The notes under the pieces were generated by a model. The model saw nothing but the letters and a program-made list of their open reading frames with translations. It made no database searches and was not told the DNA's origin. From a virus, in IMG/VR virus record IMGVR_UViG_3300032116_000067, positions 1 to 64,000 of that record: 64,000 bases of DNA; one strand, 5' to 3'. Below, in pieces: positions 47,165 to 56,540 of this stretch. The stretch's first letter is position 1, and the number at the start of each line of letters is the position of its first letter. The position numbers were made by a program, and so were the translations under genes.

Positions 47165-47525
47165 TGGTTGCAAGGAGCTCAAACACATCTGGAAGAGCCA
47201 TGAAAAAGCGAAGTATTGCAAAGAGTGTTGGTATAAGATAGAAAAACCAAAGAAACTCAAGCCCGTGTCTGCTAAACAAAAAACAGCACTGGACGAGTAC
47301 AGCAAGAAACGCATGCTCTTTTTGATAGCCAATCCAGTATGTCAGGCTAAACTGGTCGGATGTACTGGGGAGGCTACCGATGTGCACCACACAGCAGGTC
47401 GTGTAGGAGATAATTATCTAAACATGTCTAAGTGGAGAGCTCTGTGTCGTAACTGTCATACCTGGGCTGAGAATAATCCAGAAGAAGCTAAAGAATTAGG
47501 ACTATCAGAAAACCGATTAACATGA
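47136..47525 (+). CDS. HNH-type nuclease with Zn fingers
   Basis: CxxC..CxxC, then DVHH..GR...LCRNCH. Confidence 0.75.
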   Translation: MIQTKLKLCNGCKELKHIWKSHEKAKYCKECWYKIEKPKKLKPVSAKQKTALDEYSKKRMLFLIANPVCQAKLVGCTGEATDVHHTAGRVGDNYLNMSKWRALCRNCHTWAENNPEEAKELGLSENRLT

Positions 47526-47842
47526 ACGTTACAGAGAATACTACCCAGGAGATCGTAAACGCCTATACCCGGGACATCAATGACTGGTTAGCTCGTAATA
47601 ACTATACAGCTAATGCATTTGTTAAGGTACAGATACTGAATCTATTGTTGGGAAGAGACAGACGTCTTCTTTGCAACAGTGCGTTTGTAGAAGCTGTATT
47701 GAAAAATGATCTGCAACGTACCATAGGTTATGCAGACAAAGAGACCATGGCTAACCTTAAGCTGATCTATCAGGCGTATTACAACATTGATCCTCCGGTA
47801 GAAACCTGGACTCCTGTAAAGAAAGAAAGATTTGAATGGTAA
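47522..47842 (+). CDS. Hypothetical protein
   Basis: FV.AVL.NDL......AD..T..NL pattern. Confidence 0.6.
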   Translation: MNVTENTTQEIVNAYTRDINDWLARNNYTANAFVKVQILNLLLGRDRRLLCNSAFVEAVLKNDLQRTIGYADKETMANLKLIYQAYYNIDPPVETWTPVKKERFEW

Positions 47843-47845
47843 GCT

Positions 47846-47956
47846 ATGAGTAAACGTAATGAGATCCAGGATCAAGCCCTGGAGATAGCCTTCAGGCATC
47901 AACGCTGTGGCTTGGGTATCTCGATGGGTTTGTTTGTAAAAGTTCTACAATATTAG
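47846..47956 (+). pseudogene. Orphaned original 5' end of the SF2 helicase gene
   Basis: MSKRNEIQDQALEIAFRHQRCGLGISMG aligns with the helicase start TRDSIQADAIEVALNHKCCSLALSMG. Confidence 0.8.
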
Positions 47957-47972
47957 TATATTATATTATAGA
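47956..47972 (+). promoter_or_regulatory. Late-promoter-like motif upstream of the GIY-YIG gene
   Basis: GTATATTATATTATAGA, one mismatch to the 17-mer. Confidence 0.55.
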
Positions 47973-47987
47973 ACAAATCTAAACCCT

Positions 47988-48650
47988 ATGAAAATTCCAA
48001 GGTCTTTTGGTTTAAAAACTTGTGGTATATACTGTATAACTAATACTAGTAACAAAAAACAGTATATCGGTAGTAGTAAAAATATATACCATAGGTTAAA
48101 ACGGCATCAGTCAGAGCTGCGACGAGGTATTCATGCCAACCCGCATCTTCAAAACAGTTATAATAAGCATGGTAAAAACTGCTTTGAGGTCTCAATTCTT
48201 GAAGAAGTTCCTGTAGAACTTTTAGTCCAAAAAGAACAGGAGTATATTAATAATCTAGAACCAGCATATAATATCACACTAGAAGTTATTAGAAATACTC
48301 CTTCTCAAGAGTCTAGAAGAAAAATCTCAGCTACTCTAAAACAGCAAAAGTTAATGGGTTTATTAAAATATCCTACGCATGATGATAAAAAAAAACCAGT
48401 GACAATATACGATATAGACTGTAACTGTTTTGGAACTTATGAATCTGAGCGGGCTGCTGCTAAAAAGTTAGAAGAGCTTTATCCCGGGCTAAAGTACTCT
48501 CAATCCGTAGTCAACAGTACTATAAACTTAAAAAACAAAAGAGTAGTTAGTAGATATAAAAGGCATTTCTTGCTTAGACCTGAACAGAAATGTATTACTA
48601 AAAAAGAGCTATGTGAAACAAAAAAATACAAGAGACAGTATACAAGCTGA
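47988..48650 (+). CDS. GIY-YIG homing endonuclease
   Basis: CGIYCI.N..N.K.YIGSS..I..R...H, H.N..LQ, EQ.YI, YNI; NUMOD-like C-terminus; AT-rich. Confidence 0.92.
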   Translation: MKIPRSFGLKTCGIYCITNTSNKKQYIGSSKNIYHRLKRHQSELRRGIHANPHLQNSYNKHGKNCFEVSILEEVPVELLVQKEQEYINNLEPAYNITLEVIRNTPSQESRRKISATLKQQKLMGLLKYPTHDDKKKPVTIYDIDCNCFGTYESERAAAKKLEELYPGLKYSQSVVNSTINLKNKRVVSRYKRHFLLRPEQKCITKKELCETKKYKRQYTS

Positions 48651-49755
48651 TGCTATAGAAGTTGCTTTAAATCACAAATGTTGTTCGTTAGCCTTAAGCA
48701 TGGGGGTCGGTAAAACCCTCATCGGACTACGATACTTGGACCATTACCAGCAGTCTAACATGTACAAGCTCAATGTGCTGGTAGTGGCTCCAAAGCTCAG
48801 CATATTTCAGAGCTGGCAAGATGACGCAGTAAAGTTTGGCCTTCCCCAGGAACTCCTGGAGAAGGTCACCTTTACCACGTATCTATCACTAAACAAACAT
48901 AACCCGCATCACTATGACATAGTGGTGTTGGACGAGTGTCACAGTCTTTTAGAGTCCCATCAAACTTTCCTGGCTAACTACCACGGTAGAGTACTGGGTC
49001 TGACGGGTACTCCGCCCCGGTATCACAACAGTGAAAAAGGCAGGATCGTCGGTAAGTACTGTCCTGTGATGTTTAAGTACATCACCGATGACGCGGTAGA
49101 TGATCAGATCCTGAATGATTACCGGATCATCGTACACCGGATGCCATTAAGTACCCAGAATACGATACCGGTAACTATGAAGAACAGTACGTTCATGACC
49201 TCTGAGCGTAAAAGCTATGACTACTGGAGCAAACGTATCATGGAAGCCCAGAGTAAAAAGCAGGAACAGATCTCGTCCGTTATGCGAATGAGGGTCCTGA
49301 TGGACTTTCGAACCAAAGAAGACTACGCCAAGTATCTACTGGAAGAAATAGAAGAAAAGTGTATTGTCTTCTGTAACACCCAAGCCCAGGCAGATCGTGT
49401 ATGCAGTCACTCGGTACACTCCGAGAACCCAGACGCAGAAGCAAACCTTGACATGTTTAAGAAAGACCAGATCGACAAGCTATCCTGTGTACTGCAGCTC
49501 AACGAGGGTATCAATATTCCAAACCTTCGGGCCGGGATCATTATGCATGCATACGGCAACGAGCGCAAGAGTTCACAGCGTATCGGACGTCTGCTTCGTC
49601 TGAACCCAGACGACACAGCGGTGGTGCACATACTCTGCTACCAGAATACGGTAGACGAGCGGTGGGTCACGGAAGCTTTAAAAGACCTGGACCAGAACAA
49701 GATCAAGTATCACGATGTAAACATGAGTAGTCATGAATCTTCATTTCAACGGTAA
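48613..49755 (+). CDS. SF2 (DEAD/DEAH-like) helicase
   Basis: MGVGKT, DECH, GLTGT, EGINIP, QRIGRLLR. Confidence 0.92.
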   Translation: MKQKNTRDSIQADAIEVALNHKCCSLALSMGVGKTLIGLRYLDHYQQSNMYKLNVLVVAPKLSIFQSWQDDAVKFGLPQELLEKVTFTTYLSLNKHNPHHYDIVVLDECHSLLESHQTFLANYHGRVLGLTGTPPRYHNSEKGRIVGKYCPVMFKYITDDAVDDQILNDYRIIVHRMPLSTQNTIPVTMKNSTFMTSERKSYDYWSKRIMEAQSKKQEQISSVMRMRVLMDFRTKEDYAKYLLEEIEEKCIVFCNTQAQADRVCSHSVHSENPDAEANLDMFKKDQIDKLSCVLQLNEGINIPNLRAGIIMHAYGNERKSSQRIGRLLRLNPDDTAVVHILCYQNTVDERWVTEALKDLDQNKIKYHDVNMSSHESSFQR

Positions 49756-50128
49756 GTATGTCAAACGTAACGGCCGCCTGGAGTTTGCTTCACTGAGTGC
49801 AGCTAAACAGTACGAGCTGTTTGTATCACATATTCCGGAGGGTCAGATTGTAGAGTTCTTTTATGAGGAGCAGCACGATGATGGTACACTCCCGCAGCTG
49901 GCTAAACTGCACGTTCTAATCAAGCAGTTAGCTATGCATATCGGAGAGACGGTAGAGAACATGAAGATCTTAGTCAAAGATAAAGCAGGACTCTGTATAG
50001 CCAGGGAAGTATCCGGTAAAGAATACTTCCTGGCTAAGAGTTTTGCTGAGTGTTCTAAAGATGAGCTAAGTCTGGCTATTCAAGCAGCCATGGAGATCGG
50101 AGAAGAAGTAGGACTTATGGTTTGGTAG
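49733..50128 (+). CDS. NinB/YbcN-like protein
   Basis: Q...H..I..LA...G...E.MK...K...S...SK.E....I pattern. Confidence 0.5.
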   Translation: MNLHFNGKYVKRNGRLEFASLSAAKQYELFVSHIPEGQIVEFFYEEQHDDGTLPQLAKLHVLIKQLAMHIGETVENMKILVKDKAGLCIAREVSGKEYFLAKSFAECSKDELSLAIQAAMEIGEEVGLMVW

Positions 50129-50399
50129 GCTGTTCTTTATTGAGATCTTCTAAAGTAGCCAATCCTTTTTCAGATGCTGTTTTTTCAAGATACTGGATCA
50201 TATAAGCCAAGAAAGCGTAGTGCTGGATCCACTCTTCTTCAAAGTCTTTGTTGATGATCTTTTGATAAGCCTCTTGGATCTCTTCTTCAGTTTTGTCAGC
50301 AAGCAAAAATAACAACAGCTTCTGTAGACTAATAAGTGTGTTTCCACCAACGGTAATATCAAAAGTAACATCAGCCTTGATTGTCGTGTATGTAGCCAT
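50115..50399 (-). CDS. Hypothetical protein on the opposite strand
   Basis: Own TAAATTTG -7 box immediately upstream. Confidence 0.65.
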   Translation of the reverse strand: MATYTTIKADVTFDITVGGNTLISLQKLLLFLLADKTEEEIQEAYQKIINKDFEEEWIQHYAFLAYMIQYLEKTASEKGLATLEDLNKEQPTKP

Positions 50400-50431
50400 A
50401 AGATACGTTTCCTACAAATTTAGAGAACTTT

Positions 50432-51148
50432 ATGACACAAACTGTAGATCTTGCTGAAATCAAAAGCAAGCTGATCGAAAAGCTAACACCGTCCGGCTGG
50501 GCGGTAAAACTCCGGGGGTTTATTCAGAGTTCTGACTTTGATAAGATCCTCGAGAACCTGCTAAAGGAGCGAGATGAAGGTAAGCGATTTACGCCACCAT
50601 TGAAGTATGCTTTCCGGGCTTTTGAAGAATGCCCGACGAGTGATCTTAAAGTAGTAATTATTGGACAAGATCCCTATCCGCACTTTGGTGTGGCTGATGG
50701 GATTGCTTTCTCATGTGGACTTACTGGTAAACCGCAGCCCAGTCTCAAGAACCTGTTCGAGGCTATAGAGCAGACGGTATACCAGGGATATCCCACACAC
50801 ATGGATCCGGATCTATCCCGGTGGTCTCAACAAGGCGTATTGCTTCTTAACACAGCACTAACTACCCAGGTAGATAAAGTGGGTACCCACTATGACATCT
50901 GGAAAGACTTCATCATGTATGTATTAGACATGTTGAGTCTGACTAACTCAGGACTGATCTTCATCTTACTGGGAGCTAAAGCCCAGGAGTTAGAATCAGT
51001 CATCGGTCAGAATCATTACATCTTAAAAGCCAGCCACCCTGCGTCGGCTGCGTACACAAAAACAACGTGGGACTGTAACGATGTGTTTAACAAGACCAAT
51101 GAAATCTTGACACAGAACAACGGTCCCCAGTTTCAAATCACTTGGTAA
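50432..51148 (+). CDS. ung: Uracil-DNA glycosylase (family 1)
   Basis: VVIIGQDPY, GIAFS, QGVLLLN.ALT, SHP motifs. Confidence 0.95.
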   Translation: MTQTVDLAEIKSKLIEKLTPSGWAVKLRGFIQSSDFDKILENLLKERDEGKRFTPPLKYAFRAFEECPTSDLKVVIIGQDPYPHFGVADGIAFSCGLTGKPQPSLKNLFEAIEQTVYQGYPTHMDPDLSRWSQQGVLLLNTALTTQVDKVGTHYDIWKDFIMYVLDMLSLTNSGLIFILLGAKAQELESVIGQNHYILKASHPASAAYTKTTWDCNDVFNKTNEILTQNNGPQFQITW

Positions 51149-51169
51149 AACTTTTTAATCAATACAACT

Positions 51170-51604
51170 ATGGCAGTAAAGCAAGTAGATCTGTATGTAT
51201 CTCAGATCCTCGAAGACCTCAACAACGGCCTCACATGGCTGAAACGTGACGACCTTGGGTATGGTAATATCCAAGACAAGTATGGTGCTAAAGACCAGCA
51301 GATTGCAATGATCCGTAAACATCCGGCACTTAAAAACGCCGAGACCAACGTCACAGTATTCAACATCATTGACGACACAAAGAAGACTGATGAACCAGCC
51401 GCCGTTCCCGTTAGTAACTCCAAAGATGATGGAAGTGTGGCAAGGGTATCAAAACCTGTTGAAGACCCAACACCAAAGTACTCATCTGTTGATCACACAG
51501 ACCGCAGTGACAATACTGGAAAATCTGTATCAGAAGTACCAAAAAGAGACAGCGAGTTCTCTACCGGAGAAACCGCAGAGCTCGACGCCTTTGCCAACAT
51601 CTGA
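51170..51604 (+). CDS. Hypothetical protein with disordered C-terminus
   Basis: ORF track; A-rich leader. Confidence 0.65.
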   Translation: MAVKQVDLYVSQILEDLNNGLTWLKRDDLGYGNIQDKYGAKDQQIAMIRKHPALKNAETNVTVFNIIDDTKKTDEPAAVPVSNSKDDGSVARVSKPVEDPTPKYSSVDHTDRSDNTGKSVSEVPKRDSEFSTGETAELDAFANI

Positions 51605-51611
51605 TCTTACT

Positions 51612-53249
51612 ATGGATAAGAGTAAGAGACCCAGCCCTACGTATAGTGCTACCATCTATAAACCAGGTACACAAAGAACCGGTAATGATGGGAATACCTG
51701 GCAAGTTCAAGTGAACTCAGCGGGTATCCATCGTTGGGTCAAAATAAGTACATCTGCTGCACTGTCCAATCCTCCACAAAGTCCGAGTAGTATGATGACA
51801 TATAAGTTCCAACCCGGTGATCTGGTTGAGATTATAACAAGTGGTTATGGGTGCAATCCCAATACCATAGGTAAACTGGTGACTATTGAAAGTCAGGGTA
51901 AGTATAGTGACAGACCCGGTTATAGTATAAAAGAAAAAGACCTTGCGACCAACAGTAAGCCTAACGATGTTGGTAATCTTGCCTACGGAGGAATGATTGG
52001 GGAAGCATCTTTTGTACTTGTGAAAAGCGCACAACAATTAGCTGGTACTACCGGCTCAGTAACTATTCCTGCTATGGCAGCAGATGATCGTGTCAAAACC
52101 AGTGTTAACAAACTAAACAAATCTATCGTGAAGACAATCACTAAGAAAAGTGCACAAGACGTACGTACCATTGAAACTTCTTTGATCAACAAAGAAGAAG
52201 TGTTTAAAATGCTGGCCCTGGCAGAGTCTACCGGACTTCCTTGTTTGCTCATCGGTGAACCCGGTGTAGCAAAGACCAAAACTGTCATCGAGTACGCTAA
52301 AGCCTGGCTCAACCGTGACGGAAAAATGAGCCCGAAAGACTTTGCTGAGAAGATCTATATCCTGGAAACAGACGAGGGTACCAAGGCTTCAGAAGTCAAG
52401 GGTATGCCGGATCTTTCAAAGCTTTTTACCGAGAACAAGTATGAGCTCTCCACTCCCATTGCCGATGCAGAGATTGTTGTCATCAACGAGGTAGATAAAG
52501 CTTCTTCTGCTATTCGTAACGCCATGCTGGGTGTGATGAACGAGAAGTTCCTGTTCAACGGTAAGCACAAGATCCCCTGTAAGTGGAAGCTGTTCATTGC
52601 TACCTGTAACGAGATCCCCAAGGATGAGCAAGACTCTCCGTTCTGGGACCGCTTCATGTTGAAGATGACAGTTAACCGCGTATCTGCCGGTGAGATGGTC
52701 AAGTACTACAAGAAGGGTGCCCGTAGCTACCGTGAGAAGTTCTCTATCGGTGTACCCAGTGGTGCAGAAATTGATCAGCTGGAGATCCCGGTAAACAAAC
52801 TGGAGAAGTATCTCGAAGTAGGTTACACTCACAGCTCTGACCGTACGTTGACTTTTGTACCGAAGCTGGCCAAAGCCGTAAGTTATGTCTGGGATATCTC
52901 TATTGACAAAGCCCTGGTAAAAACGGCCCAGATCATGATCGGTCAGTCTGCCGGTTCAGAACTGCAGAATAAGCTGATGAGTCCGGAAGTAAAGGCTGTT
53001 ATGTCCAAGGTAGAGATGCTGCACAGCTATACTACCAACGAGCAGCTGGAGCTCTCTATTGCAGACATCGAGTCCCTGATCAATACTTATGTTACCCGTG
53101 GTATCATGGATGAAACCCAGGTAGAAGAGATCGAACTGTCTATGCAGTATATCCTGGCTAACCACCCGGCCCGTTCTCAAGCTACGTCTGCAGACTTTGA
53201 CGCCATGATGAGTGAAGCTCCTCACGAGGCTGTTAACCTCCCTTTCTAA
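51612..53249 (+). CDS. MoxR/RavA-like AAA+ ATPase with N-terminal extra domains
   Basis: GEPGVAKT, INEVDKA....N..L..MNE, F.DRF; start refined to MDKSKRP. Confidence 0.85.
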   Translation: MDKSKRPSPTYSATIYKPGTQRTGNDGNTWQVQVNSAGIHRWVKISTSAALSNPPQSPSSMMTYKFQPGDLVEIITSGYGCNPNTIGKLVTIESQGKYSDRPGYSIKEKDLATNSKPNDVGNLAYGGMIGEASFVLVKSAQQLAGTTGSVTIPAMAADDRVKTSVNKLNKSIVKTITKKSAQDVRTIETSLINKEEVFKMLALAESTGLPCLLIGEPGVAKTKTVIEYAKAWLNRDGKMSPKDFAEKIYILETDEGTKASEVKGMPDLSKLFTENKYELSTPIADAEIVVINEVDKASSAIRNAMLGVMNEKFLFNGKHKIPCKWKLFIATCNEIPKDEQDSPFWDRFMLKMTVNRVSAGEMVKYYKKGARSYREKFSIGVPSGAEIDQLEIPVNKLEKYLEVGYTHSSDRTLTFVPKLAKAVSYVWDISIDKALVKTAQIMIGQSAGSELQNKLMSPEVKAVMSKVEMLHSYTTNEQLELSIADIESLINTYVTRGIMDETQVEEIELSMQYILANHPARSQATSADFDAMMSEAPHEAVNLPF

Positions 53250-53357
53250 CAAACGGTCGTAGAAGATACATTGGTATAAAACCTCCTGAAAAAGAGATCC
53301 CGGTAATAACGCCGGGATCTCTCCAGGAGCTCTACGATCTGTTATTAAACCTCTAAT

Positions 53358-54884
53358 ATGGCTGCTGGAAAACAATACAAGAACGTATACACGATTCTTG
53401 AGAAAGTAAAAAAAGGTGAGATCAAAACTCACTATAAACAAAGTGAAGGTCTCTTTGGTAAACTGGACTTCTATAAGAAGCCGGATCTGATCAAGCCGTA
53501 TTTACACTACATTGATCAAAGTAAAATCGACCACATAGTTGAAACTGGTATTCGGGACACCCGTCAAGTACAAACAGAGTTTGCTCATTTTGCTCAGTCA
53601 TCAAAGTTTAAAGCTTTAGAAGCTGATAAGAAACCTGACTTGCAGCAGTTTCATGAGAAGCTCAAAGAGAACTATGAAAAGTTTCCCAAGCATCTGAAGC
53701 ATGACATCTTTAAGATGTACTACCAGAAGATGCAGAAGCTTGATTTTGTAGAGCGTACATCTGGTAATGAAACCAAATACCGGTTCCTAGAAAAAGCCAA
53801 CAATCCGGTCGGTAAGATCATGACGGAAGGGTCTAACATGAAGTCAGCCATCTTCGCCCGTAACATGATGATGTATTACCTGATGCAAATGACGCAGCTG
53901 GAATACATAGATCCGGAAGCTCATGATCAAATGCAAAAGGGTCTTAACGGGAACGAAGAGTCTGACTTTGACAGTGAAGCTGCCCAGAAAGCCTTTGATA
54001 AGATGACCGATTCGGCTGCTTCTAAGAAAGCCATGGACCGGGCGTTAGATCAAGCTCAAGAGACCTGTAAAGCTATGGATGAAAACATAGACAAAGACAT
54101 TCAGGAAAAGATGTTTGATCAAGCTAATAAGCCTGGTAAAAATGACGGTACACCGGAGGCTGGTAAGATGAGTCCGGAGTATATCCGCACCATTGCAGCC
54201 AAGCTCTCTGAGATCAAGCTCTCTATGGGTGCGTTGAAAGATAAGCTCAAGAAGCTCCTGGATAAAAGTGCAAGCTACTTCTCTTCCCGGAAGATCACAA
54301 CGTACGAGGATTTGTTCAACGCCACGGATATATCTGGTCTTGAAGACTATGAACTGCTTCATCCCAAGCTCAGAAAGATCTTTGCTGAAGACGTACAGGT
54401 CAAAGACACCAAAAGTGTGGGTAAGATCGACGTGTACATAGATATCTCAGGCTCTATGTCTTCTGGTTGTGGTGTACAAGATCTAAACGGTAGGGATGTT
54501 AGCCGGATACAGTTTGCCAAATCTATGGTAGCTAAGCTCAAAGAGATGGACATGCTCAACGATGTATATCTATTTGATACCCGGCTTAAAAAGTATCGTA
54601 ACGATATGATCTCCATTTCTATGATTGACACCGGAGGCGGTACTACCATTGACGTAGCGGTGCAGAACATAGCCCGGGTAGATCGTAACGGCATCATCAT
54701 TACAGATGCAGAAGACAGGTGTCATACATTTACTGACAGAGCTTTCTTTATAGGTCTTAACGGGGCCCGGTTCTCCTCTTTTGATGACGATGTTATTGCA
54801 CAATACTCACGCCGGAACCAGGTTGTTGTCTTTGATGGAAAGACAATCAAGAAAGTAGATAGTAAAGGGCATGTGGTAAAATAG
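53358..54884 (+). CDS. vWA-domain protein (ViaA-like partner of MoxR)
   Basis: DISGSM MIDAS, GGGT, IITD. Confidence 0.85.
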   Translation: MAAGKQYKNVYTILEKVKKGEIKTHYKQSEGLFGKLDFYKKPDLIKPYLHYIDQSKIDHIVETGIRDTRQVQTEFAHFAQSSKFKALEADKKPDLQQFHEKLKENYEKFPKHLKHDIFKMYYQKMQKLDFVERTSGNETKYRFLEKANNPVGKIMTEGSNMKSAIFARNMMMYYLMQMTQLEYIDPEAHDQMQKGLNGNEESDFDSEAAQKAFDKMTDSAASKKAMDRALDQAQETCKAMDENIDKDIQEKMFDQANKPGKNDGTPEAGKMSPEYIRTIAAKLSEIKLSMGALKDKLKKLLDKSASYFSSRKITTYEDLFNATDISGLEDYELLHPKLRKIFAEDVQVKDTKSVGKIDVYIDISGSMSSGCGVQDLNGRDVSRIQFAKSMVAKLKEMDMLNDVYLFDTRLKKYRNDMISISMIDTGGGTTIDVAVQNIARVDRNGIIITDAEDRCHTFTDRAFFIGLNGARFSSFDDDVIAQYSRRNQVVVFDGKTIKKVDSKGHVVK

Positions 54885-54900
54885 AACATACCTAATATAC

Positions 54901-54937
54901 AAAAAGCCGGTAGATTCTTCTACCGGCTTATCTTTCT
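54901..54937. terminator. Bidirectional terminator between convergent units
   Basis: aagccggtaga/tctaccggctt stem with flanking A- and T-tracts. Confidence 0.8.
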
Positions 54938-55516
54938 TTATTGTGGATCCAGGATCTTACCACATTTCAGACACTCTAGGTCTCCGTCCTGATCACTATC
55001 TCCCCAGATATGATCACACTGTCTATGACTAAAGTATTCGTCGATCTTTCCATCATCGTCATGATCGAGACCATCAGCTGAACCGTCATTATCTTCATCT
55101 ATTTCTTTACTAGCTAGCTTAGCTCCCATCAGGGTAGCCAGCACCGGATCTATAATTGGTTCCGGAACTGCAGCAACCGGTGCCGGAGGAGGATTATTAC
55201 TAAAGTCATTGGCTTTAGACATAGCAGTACCGTCTTCCTCGTCCATCTTCTGTACCAGGATCTTGTCTTTGTCGTTATCAGAAAACCAGTAGTCGATGAT
55301 CTTACCATAGCTGCCGATAAAAGCACCGAGCATAAGGAGCAAGAGTTCTTTCCACTCACCCGCTATCGAGCTGTCTAACTCAATGGCTGTAAAGATAGCG
55401 GCTACAATAAGGATGAACGCACCCAGTACCATGGCAGTGATCATCCACCGCTTTCTCATAATAGAGTGCAAAAGTCTTTCAAAACCAAGCTTACTTGATT
55501 CTATTTCGTTACTCAT
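54938..55516 (-). CDS. Two-TM membrane protein with DxDxDG repeats
   Basis: ELLLLMLGAFIGSY.KIIDYWF; D.DNDG, D.DDDG and D.DQDG repeats. Confidence 0.7.
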   Translation of the reverse strand: MSNEIESSKLGFERLLHSIMRKRWMITAMVLGAFILIVAAIFTAIELDSSIAGEWKELLLLMLGAFIGSYGKIIDYWFSDNDKDKILVQKMDEEDGTAMSKANDFSNNPPPAPVAAVPEPIIDPVLATLMGAKLASKEIDEDNDGSADGLDHDDDGKIDEYFSHRQCDHIWGDSDQDGDLECLKCGKILDPQ

Positions 55517-55532
55517 AACTGTAAAGTTTTAG

Positions 55533-55658
55533 TTAGCGTCCCTGTCCGCGATACTTGGACATCCGCTTTTGTTTCGGTCCCTGGTTCTTAGCAGCTTGAC
55601 CTTTCTTACGCTTTCCGAAGGTGATCTTGTGAGCACCTCCGCCTTTACCTTTACCCAT
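55533..55658 (-). CDS. Small basic protein (41 aa, ends KYRGQGR)
   Basis: MGKGKGGGAHKITFGKRKKG...; below the ORF-track cutoff. Confidence 0.6.
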   Translation of the reverse strand: MGKGKGGGAHKITFGKRKKGQAAKNQGPKQKRMSKYRGQGR

Positions 55659-55679
55659 GGTCTATGTTTTAGATTGCTG

Positions 55680-56285
55680 TTAACTCAACAGTGCATGAAA
55701 CTTCTTGAAATACTTAAGACGGTCAGCAAGACCGTTGGTTCCACCGTTGACCCGTTTGGTAACGGCAGTAACATGAGCATCAGTAGCTCCCTTATCTGCC
55801 AGTGCGTTCAGATTATTCTTACTCCAGAACCATGCTGCACTAAGCAGTGGGTACTTTGTAGCTACCAGATCTGGATTCTCTATGATATTATCGGGTACCG
55901 ACGCATCAAAAGTTAGATAGTTTGATTTACCAGTGAGCTGGATATATCCCCTACCCCGATATCTATACCCATCCCCTGAACTTTCTGGACCGTTACCCAT
56001 ACGGTTACCATATACTTTATTGGCTATCTTAACCGGCTGCCGGGCATAAGCTGCAGCCAAAGCTTCCGTAGAGAAGTACTTCTTAAAGACAGATAAAAGA
56101 CCTTTGACAGAATAATTTAGGTTCTCTTGAACCAGTTTAAACCCACCAGACTCATGTGCACACTGTGCCAGGAAGTGAGCCAGGCGTAACGGGGTGTTTA
56201 CTCCCATTTTCTGGACTACATCCGGGATCTGTGCGATCACAGCATCGGGTACATACCCTTTAAGTTTATCAAGCTTAAGGTTCAT
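55680..56285 (-). CDS. GH19 chitinase-like endolysin
   Basis: HFLAQCAHESG, ENLNYS, YRGRGYIQLTG..NY, VNGG.NGL.DR. Confidence 0.93.
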   Translation of the reverse strand: MNLKLDKLKGYVPDAVIAQIPDVVQKMGVNTPLRLAHFLAQCAHESGGFKLVQENLNYSVKGLLSVFKKYFSTEALAAAYARQPVKIANKVYGNRMGNGPESSGDGYRYRGRGYIQLTGKSNYLTFDASVPDNIIENPDLVATKYPLLSAAWFWSKNNLNALADKGATDAHVTAVTKRVNGGTNGLADRLKYFKKFHALLS

Positions 56286-56302
56286 GAACGTCAGAGCTTG
56301 GA

Positions 56303-56527
56303 TCAACCGTTGCTTTTCTTCGGCTTGGGCTTGTAATACCTCTTTTTTTTTGGAGTAGTCTGATCTGTTGCTGCAGGTGTCAGCACAGCTTTAACGTCAG
56401 AAATCGCAGGCTTAACTTCAACAGGCTTCGGAGCCTCTTTGATCTCTTGCAAAATGGTTACCGGGGTTTCAACTACGGGCTTCTTCTTCTTGAGCAGCCC
56501 TAACAAAGTACTGATTATGTTTTTCAT
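56303..56527 (-). CDS. Small basic protein
   Basis: Lies within the lysis cassette. Confidence 0.55.
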   Translation of the reverse strand: MKNIISTLLGLLKKKKPVVETPVTILQEIKEAPKPVEVKPAISDVKAVLTPAATDQTTPKKKRYYKPKPKKSNG

Positions 56528-56540
56528 ATGGGATTAGGTA

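Noticed and set aside
47930-48705. Group I intron in the helicase (U before and G at the end of the insert)
   Set aside because: Only about 58 nt of non-coding sequence, occupied by a promoter motif. The 3' part is in-frame helicase-like coding sequence, so no catalytic core fits.
51369-51611. Upstream extension of the MoxR ORF
   Set aside because: It overlaps gene 51170-51604 in another frame. The ATG at 51612 just after that stop is more plausible.
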